From assembly GCF_009914755.1 (NCBI RefSeq), contig NC_060946.1: a stretch of 64,000 bases of DNA; one strand, given 5' to 3'. This document shows, piece by piece, positions 31,901 through 46,600 of the stretch. The notes below the pieces were generated by a model that ran no database searches, was not told the origin of the DNA, and worked only from the letters and a program-made list of their open reading frames with translations. Numbering within the stretch: the stretch's first letter is position 1; each line of letters begins with the position of its first letter. Position numbers and translations under genes: made by a program. Origin of the DNA: the human T2T-CHM13v2.0 reference genome, Homo sapiens.

Positions 31901-34900
31901 TACAAAAAATATCAAAGTACCCAAAGCATGTATTATATACTGTACATAAAATATGAAAGTACATCGAATATATATTTTATTCTGTACATAAAATATCAAA
32001 GTACACCAGATATATATTCTATAGTGTACATAAAATATCAAAGTACCCAAACTATACATTATATTCTGTACATAAAATATGAAATTACATCAAATATATA
32101 TTAGGTACATAAAATACGAAAGTACATCAAATATAGATTATATACTGTACATAAAATATCAAAGTACCCCAAATATATATTATATACTCTACATGAAATA
32201 TCAAAGTTCACAAACTCTATATTATATACTGTACATAAAATATGAAATTACATCAAATATATTTTATATTAGGTACATAAAATATGAAAGTACATCAAAT
32301 ATAGATTATATACTTTACATTAAATACCAAAGTACACCAAATATATATTTTATACTGTACATGAAATATCAAAGTTCACAAACTATATATTATATACTGT
32401 ACATATAATATCAAAGTACCCAAGGTATATATTCTATACTGTACAAAAAATAACAAAGTACCAAAAGCATGTATTATATATTGTACCTAAAATGTGAAAG
32501 TACATCAAATATATATTTTATTCTGTACATAAAATATCAAAGTACATCAGATATATATTCTATAGTGTACATAAAATATCAAAGTACCCAAACTATACAT
32601 TATATACTGTACATAAAATATGAAATTACATCAAATATATTTTATATTAGGTACATAAAATATGAAAGTACATCAAATATAGATTATATACTGTACATTA
32701 AATACCAAAGTACCCCAAATATATATTTTATACTGTACATGAAATATCAAAGTTCACAAACTATATATTATATAGTGCACATAAAATATCAAAGTACCCA
32801 AGGTATATATTCTATACTGTACAAAAAATATCAAAGTACCAAAAGCATGTATTATATACTGTACACAAAATATGAAAGTACATCAAATATACATTTTATT
32901 CTGTACATAAAATATCAAAGTACACCAGATACATATTCTATAGTGTACATAAAATATCAAAGTACCCAAACTATACATTATATACTGTAAATAAAATGTG
33001 AAATTACATCAAATATATTTTATATTAGGTACATAAAATATGAAAGTACATCAAATATAGATTATATACTGTACATTAAATACCAAAGTACCCCAAATAT
33101 ATATTTTATACTATACATGAAATATCAAAGTTCACAAACTATATATTATATACTGTACATAAAATATCAAAGTACCCAAGGTATATATTCTATACTGTAC
33201 AAAAAATATCAAAGTACCCAAAGCATGTATTATATACTGTACATTAAATATGAAAGTACATCAAATATATATTTTATTCTGTACATAATATATCAAAGTA
33301 CACCAGATATATATTCTATAGTGTACATAAAATAACAAAGTACACAAACTATAGATTATATACTGTACATAAAATATGAAATTACATCAAATATATATTG
33401 GGTACATAAAATATGAAAGTACATCAAATTTAGATTATATACTGTACATAAAATATCAATGTACCCCAAATATATATTTTATACTCTACATGAAATATCA
33501 AAGTTCACAAACCATATGTTGTATACTGTACATAAAATATCAAAGTACCCAAGGTTTATATTCTATACTGTACAAAAAATATCAAAGTACCCAATGCACG
33601 TATTATACACTGTACATAAAATATGAAAGTACATCAAATATATATTTATTCTGTACATAAAATATCAAAGTACACCAGATATATATTCTATAGTGTACAT
33701 AAAATATCAAAGTACCCAAACTATACATTATATACTGTACATAAAATATGAAATTACATCAAATATATATTAGGTACATAAAATATGAAAGTACATCAAA
33801 TATAGATTATATACTGTACATAAAATATCAATGTACCCCAAATATATATTTTATACTCTACATTAAATATCAAAGTTCAGAAACTATATATTATATACTG
33901 TACATAAAATATCAAAGTACCCAAGGTATATATTCTATACTGTACAAAAAATATCAAAGTACCCAAAGCATGTATTATATACTGTACCTAAAATATGAAA
34001 GTACATCAAATATATATTTTATTCTGTACATAAAATATCAAAGTACACCAGATGTATATTCTATAGTGTACATAAAATATCAAAGTACCCAAACTATACA
34101 TTATATAATGTACATAAAATATGAAATTACATCAAATATATATTATATTAGGTACATAAAATATGAAAGTACATCAAATATAGATTATACACACTACATA
34201 AAATATCAAAGTACCCCAAATATATATTATATACTCTACATGAAATATCAAAGTTTGTAAACTATATATTATATACTGTACATAAAATAAAGTCCCCAAG
34301 GTATATATTCTATACTGTAGATAAAATACCAAAGTACCCAAAGCATGTATTATATACTGTATATAAAATATGGAAGTACATCAAATATATATTTTATTCT
34401 GTACATAAAATATCAAAGTACACCAGATATATATTCTATAGTGTACATAAAATAACAAAGTACAAAAACTATAAATTATATACTATACATAAAATATGAA
34501 ATTACATCAAATATATATTAGGTACATAAAATATGAAAGTACATCAAATATAGATTATATACTGTACATAAAATTTCAATGTACCCCAAATATATATTTT
34601 ATACTCTACATGAAATATCAAAGTTCACAAACTATATATTATATACTGTACATAAAATATCAAAGTACCCAAGGAATATATTCTATACTATACAAAAAAT
34701 ATCAAAGTACCCAAAGCATGTATTATATACTGTACCTAAAATATGAAAGTACATCAAATATATATTTTATTCTGTACATAAAATATCAAAGTACACCAGA
34801 TATATATTCTATAGTGTACATAAAATATCAAAGTACCCAAACTATACATTATATACTGTCCATAAAATATGAAATTACATCAAATATATTTTATATTAGG

Positions 34901-37820
34901 TACATAAAATATAAAAGTACATCAAATATAGATTATATACTGTACATTAAATACCAAAGTACCCCAAATATATATTTTATACTGTACATGAAATATCAAA
35001 GTTCACAAACTATATATTATATACTGTACATATAATATCAAAGTACCCAAGGTATATATTCTATACTGTACAAAAAATAACAAAGTACCAAAAGCATGTA
35101 TAATATACTGTATATAAAATATGAAAGTACATCAAATATATATTTTATTCTGTACATAAAATATCAAAGTACACCAGATATGTATTCTATAGTGTACATA
35201 AAATATCAAAGTACCCAAACTATACATTATATACTGTACATAAAATATGAAATTACATCAAATATATATTATATTAGGTACATAAAATATCAAAGTACAT
35301 CAAATATAGATTATATACTGTACATAAAATATCAAAGTACCCCAAATATATATTATATACTCTACATGAAATATCAAAGTACACAAGCTATATATTATAT
35401 ACTGTACATAAAATATCAAAGTACCCAAGGTATATATTCTATACTGCACAAAAAATATCAAAGTACCCAAAGCATGTATTATATACTGTACATAAAATAT
35501 GAAAGTACATCGAATATATATTTTATTCTGTACATAAAATATCAAAGTACACCAGATATATATTCTATAGTGTACATAAAATATCAAAGTAAACAAACTA
35601 TACATTATATACTGTACATAAAATATGAAATTACATCAAATATATATTATATTAGGTACATAAAATATGAATGTACATCAAATATAGATTATATACTGTA
35701 CATTAAATACCAAAGTACCCCAAATATATATTTTATACTGTACATGAAATATCAAAGTTCACAAACTATATATTATATACTGTACAAAAAATATCAAAGT
35801 ACCCAAGGTATATATTCTCTACTGTACAAAAAATATCAAAGTACCCAAAGCATGTATTATATACTGTACCTAAAATATGAAAGTACATCAAATATATATT
35901 TTATTCTGTACATAAAATATCAAAGTACACCACATATATATTCTATAGTGTACATAAAATATCAAAGTACCCACACTATACATTATATACTGTACATAAA
36001 ATATGAAATTACATCAAATATATATTATATTAGGTACATAAAATATGAAAGTACATCAAATATAGATTATATACTGTACATAAAATATCAAAGTACCCCA
36101 AATATATATTATATACTCTACATGAAATATCAAAGTTCACAAGCTATATATTATATACTGTACATAAAATATCAAAGTACCCAAGGTATACATTCTATAC
36201 TGCACAAAAAATATCAAAGTACCCAAAGCATGTATTATATACTGTACATAAAATATGAAAGTACATCGAATATATATTTTATTCTGTACATAAAATATCA
36301 AAGTACACCAGATATATATTCTATAGTGTACATAAAATATCAAAGTACCCAAACTATACATTATATTCTGTACATAAAATATGAAATTACATCAAATATA
36401 TATTAGGTACATAAAATATGAAAGTACATCAAATATAGATTATATACTGTACATAAAATATCAAAGTACCCCAAATATATATTATATACTCTACATGAAA
36501 TATCAAAGTTCACAAACTATATATTATATACTGTACATAAAATATGAAATTACATCAAATATATTTTATATTAGGTACATAAAATATGAAAGTACATCAA
36601 ATATAGATTATATACTGTACATAAAATATCAATGTACCCCAAATATATATTTTATACTCTACATGAAATATCAAAGTTCACAAACCATATATTGTATACT
36701 GTACATAAAATATCAAAGTACCCAAGGTATGTATTCTATACTGTACAAAAAATATCAAAGTACCCAAAGCACGTATTATATACTGTACATAAAATATGAA
36801 ATTACATCAAATATATATTTTATTCTGTACATAAAATATCAAAGTACACCAGATATATATTCTACAGTGTACATAAAATATCAAAGTACCCAAACTATAC
36901 ATTATATATTGTACATAAAATATGAAATTACAACAAATATATATTATATTAGGTAAATAAAATATGAAAGTACATCAAATATAGATTATATACTGTACAT
37001 TAAGTACCAAAGTACCCCAAATATATATTTTATACTGTACATGAAATATCAAAGTTCACAAACTATATATTATATACTGTACATAAAATATCAAAGTATC
37101 CAAGGTATATATTATATACTGTACAAAAAATAACAAAGTACCCAAAGCATGTATTATATACTGTACATAAAATATGAAAGTACATCAAATATATATTTTA
37201 TTCTGTACATAAAATATCAAGATACACCAGATATATATTCTATAGTGTACATAAAATATCAAAGTACCCAAAGTATAAATTATATACTGTACATAAAATA
37301 TGAAATTACATCAAATATATATTATATTATGTACATAAAATATGAAAGTTCATCAAATATAGATTATATAATGTACATTAAATACCAAAGTACCCCAAAT
37401 ATATATTTTATACTGTACATGAAATATCAAAGTTCACAAACTCTATATTATATACTGTACATAAAATATCAAAGTACCCAAGGTATATATTCTATACTGT
37501 ACAAAAGATATCAAAGTACCCAAAGCATGTATTATATACTGTACATAAAATATGAAAGTACATCAAATATATATTTTATTCTGTACATAAAATATCAAAG
37601 TACACCAATTATATATTCTATAGTGTACAAAAAATATCAAAGTACCCAAACTATTTATTATATACTGTACATAAAATAAGAAATTACATCAAATATATAT
37701 TATATTAGGTACATAAAATATGAAAGTACATCAAATATAGATTATATACTGTACATTAAATACCAAAGTACCCCAAATATATATTTTATACTGTACATGA
37801 AATATCAAAGTTCACAAACT
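25919..37820 (+). repeat. Left-domain macro-repeat copy 3 (partial; homology to copy 1 ends near 37,820)
   Basis: Offsets to copy 1 are 25,918 (2255/28173, 7458/33376), 26,291 (8205/34496), 26,669 (8631/35300) and 25,750 (11399/37149). The sequence departs from copy 1 at about 12,071/37,821. Confidence 0.88.
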
Positions 37821-38559
37821 ATATGTTATATACTGTACATAAAATATCAAAGTACCCAAGGTATATATTCTATACTGTACAAAAAATATCAAAGTACCAA
37901 AAGCATGTATTTTATACTGTACCTAAAATATGAAAGTACATCAAATATATATTTTATTCTGTACATAAAATATCAAAGTACACCAGATATATATTCTATA
38001 GTGTACATAAAATAGCAAAGTACACAAACTATAAATTATATACTGTACATAAAATATGAAATTACATCAAATATATATTAGGTACATAAAATATGAAAGT
38101 ACATCAAATATAGATTATATACTGTACATAAAATATCAATGTACCCCAAATATATATTTTATACTCTACATGAAATATCAAAGTTCACAAACTATATATT
38201 ATATACTGTACATAAAATATCAAAGTACCCAAGGTATATATTCTATACTGTACAAAAAATATCAAAGTACCCAAAGCATGTATTATATACTGTACATAAA
38301 ATATGAAAGTACATCAAATATATATTTTATTCTGTACAACAAATATCAAAGTACACCAGATATATATTCTATAGTGTACATAAAATAACAAAGTACACAA
38401 ACTATAAATTATATACTGTATATAAAATATGAAATTACATCAAAAATATATTAGGTACATAAAATATGAAAGTACATCAAATATAGATTATATACTCTAC
38501 ATAAAATATCAATGTAGACGAAATATATATTTTATACTCTAGATGAAATATCAAAGTTC

Positions 38560-39760
38560 ACAAACTATATATTATATACTGTACATAAAATATCAAAATA
38601 CCCAAGGTATATATTCTATACTGAACAAAAAATATCAAAGTACCCAAAGCATGTATTATATACTGTACATAAAATATGAAAGTACATCAAATATATATTT
38701 TATTCTGTACATAAAATATCAAAGTACACCAGATATATATTCTATAGTGTACATAAAATATCAAAGTACCCAAACTATACATTATATACTGTACAGAAAA
38801 TATGAAATTACAGCAAATATGTATTATATTAGGTACATAAAATATGAAAGTACATCAAATATAGATTATATACTGTACATTAAATACCAAAGTACCCCAA
38901 ATATATATTTTATACTGTACATGAAATATGAAAGTTCACAAACTATATATTATATACTGTACATAAAATATCAAAGTACACAAGGTATATATTCTATACT
39001 GTACAAAAAATATCAAAGTACCCAAAGCATGTATTATAAACTGTACATAAAATATGAAGGTACATCAAATATATATTTTATTCTGTACATAAAATATCAA
39101 AGTACACCAGATATATATTCTATAGTGTACATAAAATATCAAAGTACCCAAACTATACATTATATACTGTACATAAAATATGAAATTACATCAAATATAT
39201 ATTATATTAGGTACATAAAATATGAAAGTACATCAAATATAGATTATATACTCTACATAAAATATCAATATACCCCAAATATATATTTTACACTGTACAT
39301 GAAATATCAAAGTTCACAAACTATATATTATATACTGTACATAAAATATCAAAATACCCAAGGTATATATTCTATACTGAACAAAAAATATCAAAGTACC
39401 CAAAGCATGTATTATATACTGTACATAAAATATGAAAGTACATCAAATATATATTTTATTCTGTACATAAAATATCAAAGTACACCAGATATATATTCTA
39501 TAGTGTACATAAAATATCAAAGTACCCAAACTATACATTATATACTGTACAGAAAATATGAAATTACAGCAAATATATATTATATTAGGTACATAAAATA
39601 TGAAAGTACATCAAATATAGATTATATACTGTACATTAAATACCAAAGTACCCCAAATATATATTTTATACTGTACATGAAATATCAAAGTTCACAAACT
39701 ATATATTATATACTGTACATAAAATATCAAAGTACCCAAGGTATATATTCTATACTGTAC
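38560..39760 (+). repeat. Local 756-bp (2 x 378) duplication in the transition zone
   Basis: Markers CAAAATACCCAAGG, CTGAACAAAA (38621/39377), GTACAGAAAA (38791/39547) and TTACAGCAAAT each recur at offset 756. Confidence 0.82.
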
Positions 39761-42700
39761 AAAAAATATCAAAGTACCCAAAGCATGTATTATATGCTGT
39801 ACATTAAATATGAAAGTACATCAAATATATATTTTATTCTGTACATAATATATCAAAGTACACCAGATATATATTCTATAGTGTACATAAAATATCAAAG
39901 TACCCAAACTATACATTATATACTGTACATAAAATATGAAATTACATCAAATATATATTAGGTACATAAAATATGAAAGTACATCAAATATAGATCATAT
40001 ACTGTACATAAAATATCAAAGTACCCCAAATATATATTATATACTCTACATGAAATATCAAAGTTCACAAACTATATATTATATACTGTACATAAAATAT
40101 CAAAGTACCCAAGGTATATATTCTATACTGTACAAAAAATATCAAAGTACCCAAAGCATGTATTATATACTGTACATAAAATATGAAAGTACATCAAATA
40201 TATATTTTATTCTGTACATAAAATATAAAAGTACACCAGATATATATTCTATAGTGTACATAAAATAACAAAGTACACAAACTATACATTATATACTGTA
40301 CATAAAATATGAAATTACATCAAATATATATTAGGTACATAAAATATGAAAGTACATCAAATATAGATTATATACTGTACAAAAATATCAAAGTACCCCA
40401 AATATATATTATATACTCTACATGAAATATCAAAGTTCACAAACTATATATTATATACTCTACATAAAATATCAAAGTACCCAAGGTATATATTCTATAC
40501 TGTACAAAAAATATCAAAGTACCCAAAGCATGTATTATATACTGTACATAAAATATGAAAGTACATCAAATATATATTTTATTCTGTACATAAAATATCA
40601 AAGTACACCAGATATATATTCTATAGTGTACATAAAATATCAAAGTACCCAAACTATACATTATATACTGTACATAAAATATGAGATTACATCAAATATA
40701 TATTATATTAGCTACATAAAATATGAAAGTACATCAGATATAGATTATATACTGTACATAAAATATCAAAGTACCCCAAATATATATTATATACTCTACA
40801 TGAAATATCAAAGTTCACAAACTATATATTATATACTGTACATAAAATATCAAAGTACCCAAGGTATATATTCTATACTGTACAAAAAATATCAAAGTAC
40901 CCAAAGCATGTATTATATACTGTATACAAGATATGAAAATACATTAAATATATATTTTATTCTGTACATAAAATATCAAAGTACACCAGATATGTATTCT
41001 ATAGTGTACATAAAATAACAAAGTACACAAACTATAAATTATATAATGTACGTAAAATATGAAATTACATCAAATATATATTAGGTACATAAAATATGAA
41101 AGTACATCAAATATAGATTATATACTGTACATATATCAATGTACCCCAAATATATATTTTATACTCTACATGAAATATCAAAGTTCACAAACCATACATT
41201 ATATACTGTACATAAAATATCAAAGTACCCAAGGTATATATTCTATACTGTACGAAAAATATCAAAGTACCCAAAGCATGTATTATATACTGTACCTAAA
41301 ATATGAAAGTACATCAAATATATATTTTATTCTGTACATAAAATATCAAAGTACACCAGATATATATTCTATAGTGTACATAAAATATCAAAGTACCCAA
41401 ACTATACATTATATACTGTACATAAAATATGAAATTACATCAAATATATATTATATTAGGTACATAAAATATGAAAGTACATGAAATATAGATTATATAC
41501 TGTACATAAAATATCAAGGTACCCCAAATATATATTATATACTCTACATGAAATATCAAAGTTCACAAACTATATATTATATACTGTACATAAAATATCA
41601 AAGTACCCAAGGTATATATTCTATACTGTACAAAAAATAACAAAGTACCAAAAGCATGTATAATATACTGTACCTAAAATATGAAAGTACATCAAATATA
41701 TATTTTATTCTGTACATAAAATATCAAAGTACACCAGATATATATTCTATAGTGTACATAAAATATCAAAGTACCCAAACTATACATTATATACTGTACA
41801 TAAAATATGAAATTACATCAAATATATATTATATTAGGTACATAAAATATGAAAGTACATCAAATATAGATTATACACACTACATAAAATATCAAAGTAC
41901 CCCAAATATATATTATATACTCTACAGGAAATATCAAAGTTTGCAAACTATATATTATATACTGTACATAAAATAAAGTCCCCAAGGTATATATTCTATA
42001 CTGTAGATAAAACACCAAAGTACCCAAAGCATGTATTATATACTGTATATAAAATATGGAAGTACATCAAATATATATTTTATTCTGTACATAAAATATC
42101 AAAGTACACCAGATATATATTCTATAGTGTACATAAAATAACAAAGTACACAAACTATAAATTATATACTGTACATAAAATATGAAATTACATCAAATAT
42201 ATATTAGGTACATAAAATATGAAAGTACATCAAATATAGATTATATACTGTACATAAAATTTCAATGTACCCCAAATATATATTTTATACTCTACATGAA
42301 ATATCAAAGTTCACAAACCATATATTATATACTGTACATAAAATATCAAAGTACCCAAGGAATGTATTCTATACTATACAAAAAATATCAAAGTACCCAA
42401 AGCATGTATTATATACTGTACCTAAAATATGAAAGTACATCAAATATATATTTTATTCTGTACATAAAATATCAAAGTTCACCAGATATATATTCTATAG
42501 TGTACATAAAATATCAAAGTACCCAAACTATACATTATATTCTGTACATAAAATATGAAATTACATCAAATACATATTAGGTACGTAAAATATGAAAGTA
42601 CATCAAATATAGATTATATACTGTACATGAAATATCAAAGTACCCCAAATATATATTATATACTCTACATGAAATATCAAAGTACCCAAACTATACATTA

Positions 42701-43680
42701 TATACTGTACATAAAATATGAAATTACATCAAATATATTTTATATTAGGTACATAAAATATGAAAGTACATCAAATATAGATTATATACTGTACATTAAA
42801 TACCAAAGTACCCCAATTATATATTTTATACTGTACATGAAATATCAAAGTTCACAAACTATACATTATATACTGTACATAAAATATCAAAGTACCCAAG
42901 ATATATATTCTATACTGTACAAAAAATATCAAAGTATCCAAAGCATGTATTATATACTGTACCTAAAATATGAAAGTACATCAAATATATATTTTATTCT
43001 GTACATAAAATATCAAAGTACAGCAGATATATATTCTATAGTGTACATAAAATATCAAAGTACTCAAACTATAAATTATATACTGTACATAAAATATGAA
43101 ATTACATCAAATATATATTATATTAGGTACATAAAATATGAAAGGACATCAAATATAGATTATATACTGTACATAAAATATCAAAGTACCCCAAATTTAT
43201 ATTATATACTCTACATGAAATATCAAAGTTCACAAGCTATATATTATATACTGTACATAAAATATCAAAGTACCCAAGGTATATATTCTATACTGCACAA
43301 AAAATATCAAAGTACCCAAAGCATGTATTATATACTGTACATAAAATATGAAAGTACATCGAATATATATTTTATTCTGTACATAAAATATCAAAGTACA
43401 CCAGATATATATTCTATAGTGTACATAAAATATCAAAGTACCCAAACTATACATTATATTCTGTACATAAAATATGAAATTACATCAAATATATATTAGG
43501 TACATAAAATATGAAATTACATGAAATATAGATTATATACTGTGCATAAAATATCAAAGTACCCCAAATATATATTATATACTCTACATGAAATATCAAA
43601 GTTCACAAACTATATATTATATACTGTACATAAAATATGAAATTACATCAAATATATTTTATATTAGGTACATAAAATAT

Positions 43681-46600
43681 GAAACTACATCAAATGTAGA
43701 TTATATACTTTACATTAAATACCAAAGTACCCCAAATATATATTTTATACTGTACATGAAATATTAAAGTTCACAAACTATATATTATATACTGTACATA
43801 TAATATCAAAGTACCCAAGGTATATATTGTATACTGTACAAAAATAACAAAGTAGCAAAAGCATGTATTATATACTGTACCTAAAATATGAAAGTACATC
43901 AAATATATATTTTATTCTGTACATAAAATATCAAAGTACACCAGATATATATTCTATAGTGTACATAAAATATCAAAGTACCCAAACTATACATTATATA
44001 CTGTACATAAAATATGAAATTACATCAAATATATATTATATTAGGTACATACAATATGAAAGTACATCAAATATAGATTATATACTGTACATAAAATATC
44101 AAAGTACCCCAAATATATATTATATACTCTACATGAAATATAAAAGTTCACAAGCTATATATTATATACTGTACATAAAATATCAAAGTACCCAAGGTAT
44201 ATATTCTATACTGCACAAAAAATATCAAAGTACCCAAAGCATGTATTATATACTGTACATAAAATATGAAAGTACATCGAATATATATTTTATTATGTAC
44301 ATAAAATATCAAAGTACACCAGATATATATTCTATAGTGTACATAAAATATCAAAGTACCCAAACTATACATTATATTGTGTACATAAAATATGAAATTA
44401 CATCAAATATATATTAGGTTCATAAAATATGAATGTACATCAAATATAGATTATATACTGTACATAAAATATCAAAGTACACCAGATATATATTCTATAG
44501 TGTACATAAAATATCAAAGTACCCAAACTATACATTATATACTGTACATAAAATATGAAATTACATCAAATATATTTTATATTAGGTACATAAAATATGA
44601 AAGCACGTCAAATATAGATTATATACTGTACATTAAATACCAAAGTACCCCAAATATATATTTTATACTGTACATCAAATATAAAAGTTCACAAACTATA
44701 TATTATATACTGTACATAAAATATCAAAGTACCCAAGGTATATATTCTATACTGTACAAAAAATATCAAAGTACCCAAAGCATGTATTATATAGTGTACA
44801 TAAAATATGAAAGTACATCAAATATATATTTTATTCTGTACATAAAATATCAAAGTACACCAGATATATATTCTATAGTGTACATAAAATATCAAAGTAC
44901 CCAAACTATACATTATATACTGTACATAAAATATCAAAGTACCCAAACTATACATTATATACTGTACATAAAATATGAGATTACATCAAATATATATTAT
45001 ATTAGCTACATAAAATATGAAAGTACATCAGATATAGATTATATACTGTACATAAAATATCAAAGTACCCCAAATATATATTACATACTCTACATGAAAT
45101 ATCAAATTTCACAAACTATATATTATATACTGTACATAAAATATCAAAGTACCCAAGGTATATATTCTATACTGTACAAAAAATAACAAAGTACCAAAAG
45201 CATGTATAATATACTGTACATAAAATATGAAAGTACATCAAAAATATAATTTATTCTGTACATAAAATATCAAAGTACACCAGATATATATTCTATAGTG
45301 TACATAAAATATCAAAGTACCCAAACTATACATTATATACTGTAAATAAAATATGAAATTACATCAAATATATTTTATATTAGGTACATAAAATATGAAA
45401 GTACATCAAATATATATTTTATACTGTACATAAAATATCAAAGTACACCAGATATATATTCTATAGTGTACATAAAATATCAAAGTACCCAAACTATACA
45501 TTATATACTGTACATAAAATATGAAATTACATCAAATATATATTATATTAGGTACATAAAATATGAAAGCACATCAAATATAGATTATATACTGTACATT
45601 AAATACCAAAGTACCCCAAATATATATTTTATACTGTACATCAAATATAAAAGTTCACAAACTATATATTATATACTGTACATAAAATATCAAAGTACCC
45701 AAGGTATATATTCTATACTGTACAAAAAATATCAAAGTACCCAAAGCATGTATTATATACTGTACATAAAATATGAAAGTACATCAAATATATATTTTAT
45801 TCTGTACATAAAATATCAAAGTACACCAGATATATATTCTATAGTGTACATAAAATATCAAAGTACCCAAACTATACATTATATACTGTACATAAAATAT
45901 GAGATTACATCAAATATATATTATATTAGCTACATAAAATATGAAAGTACATCAGATATAGATTATATACTGTACATAAAATATCAAAGTACCCCAAATA
46001 TATATTATATACTCTACATGAAATATCAAAGTTCACAAACTATATATTATATACTGTACATAAAATATCAAAGTACCCAAGGTATATATTCTATACTGTA
46101 CAAAAAATATCAAAGTACCCAAAGCATGTATTATATACTGTATACAAAATATGAAAATACATTAAATATATATTTTATTCTGTACATAAAATATCAAAGT
46201 ACACCTGATATGTATTCTATAGTGTACATAAAATAACAAAGTACACAAACTATAAATTATATAATGTACGTAAAATATGAAATTACATCAAATATATATT
46301 AGGTACATAAAATATGAAAGTACATCATATATAGATTATATACTGTACATATATCAATGTACCCCAAATATATATTTTATACTCTACATGAAATATCAAA
46401 GTTCACAAACCATACATTGTATACTGTACATAAAATATCAAAGTACCCAAGGTATATATTCTATACTGTACGAAAAATATCAAAGTACCCAAAGCATGTA
46501 TTATATACTGTACCTAAAATATGAAAGTACATCAAATATATATTTTATTCTGTACATAAAATATCAAAGTACACCAGATATATATTCTATATTGTACATA

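Noticed and set aside
38543-39961. Long Y/I/K-rich ORFs on the + strand (472 aa here, 436 aa at 35096, 310 aa at 2255, and many more)
   Set aside because: 42 is divisible by 3 and one frame of the consensus lacks stop codons, so ORFs arise automatically. They start and stop at random SNVs and 5-bp indels, show no sign of frame preservation and resemble no protein family I recognise.
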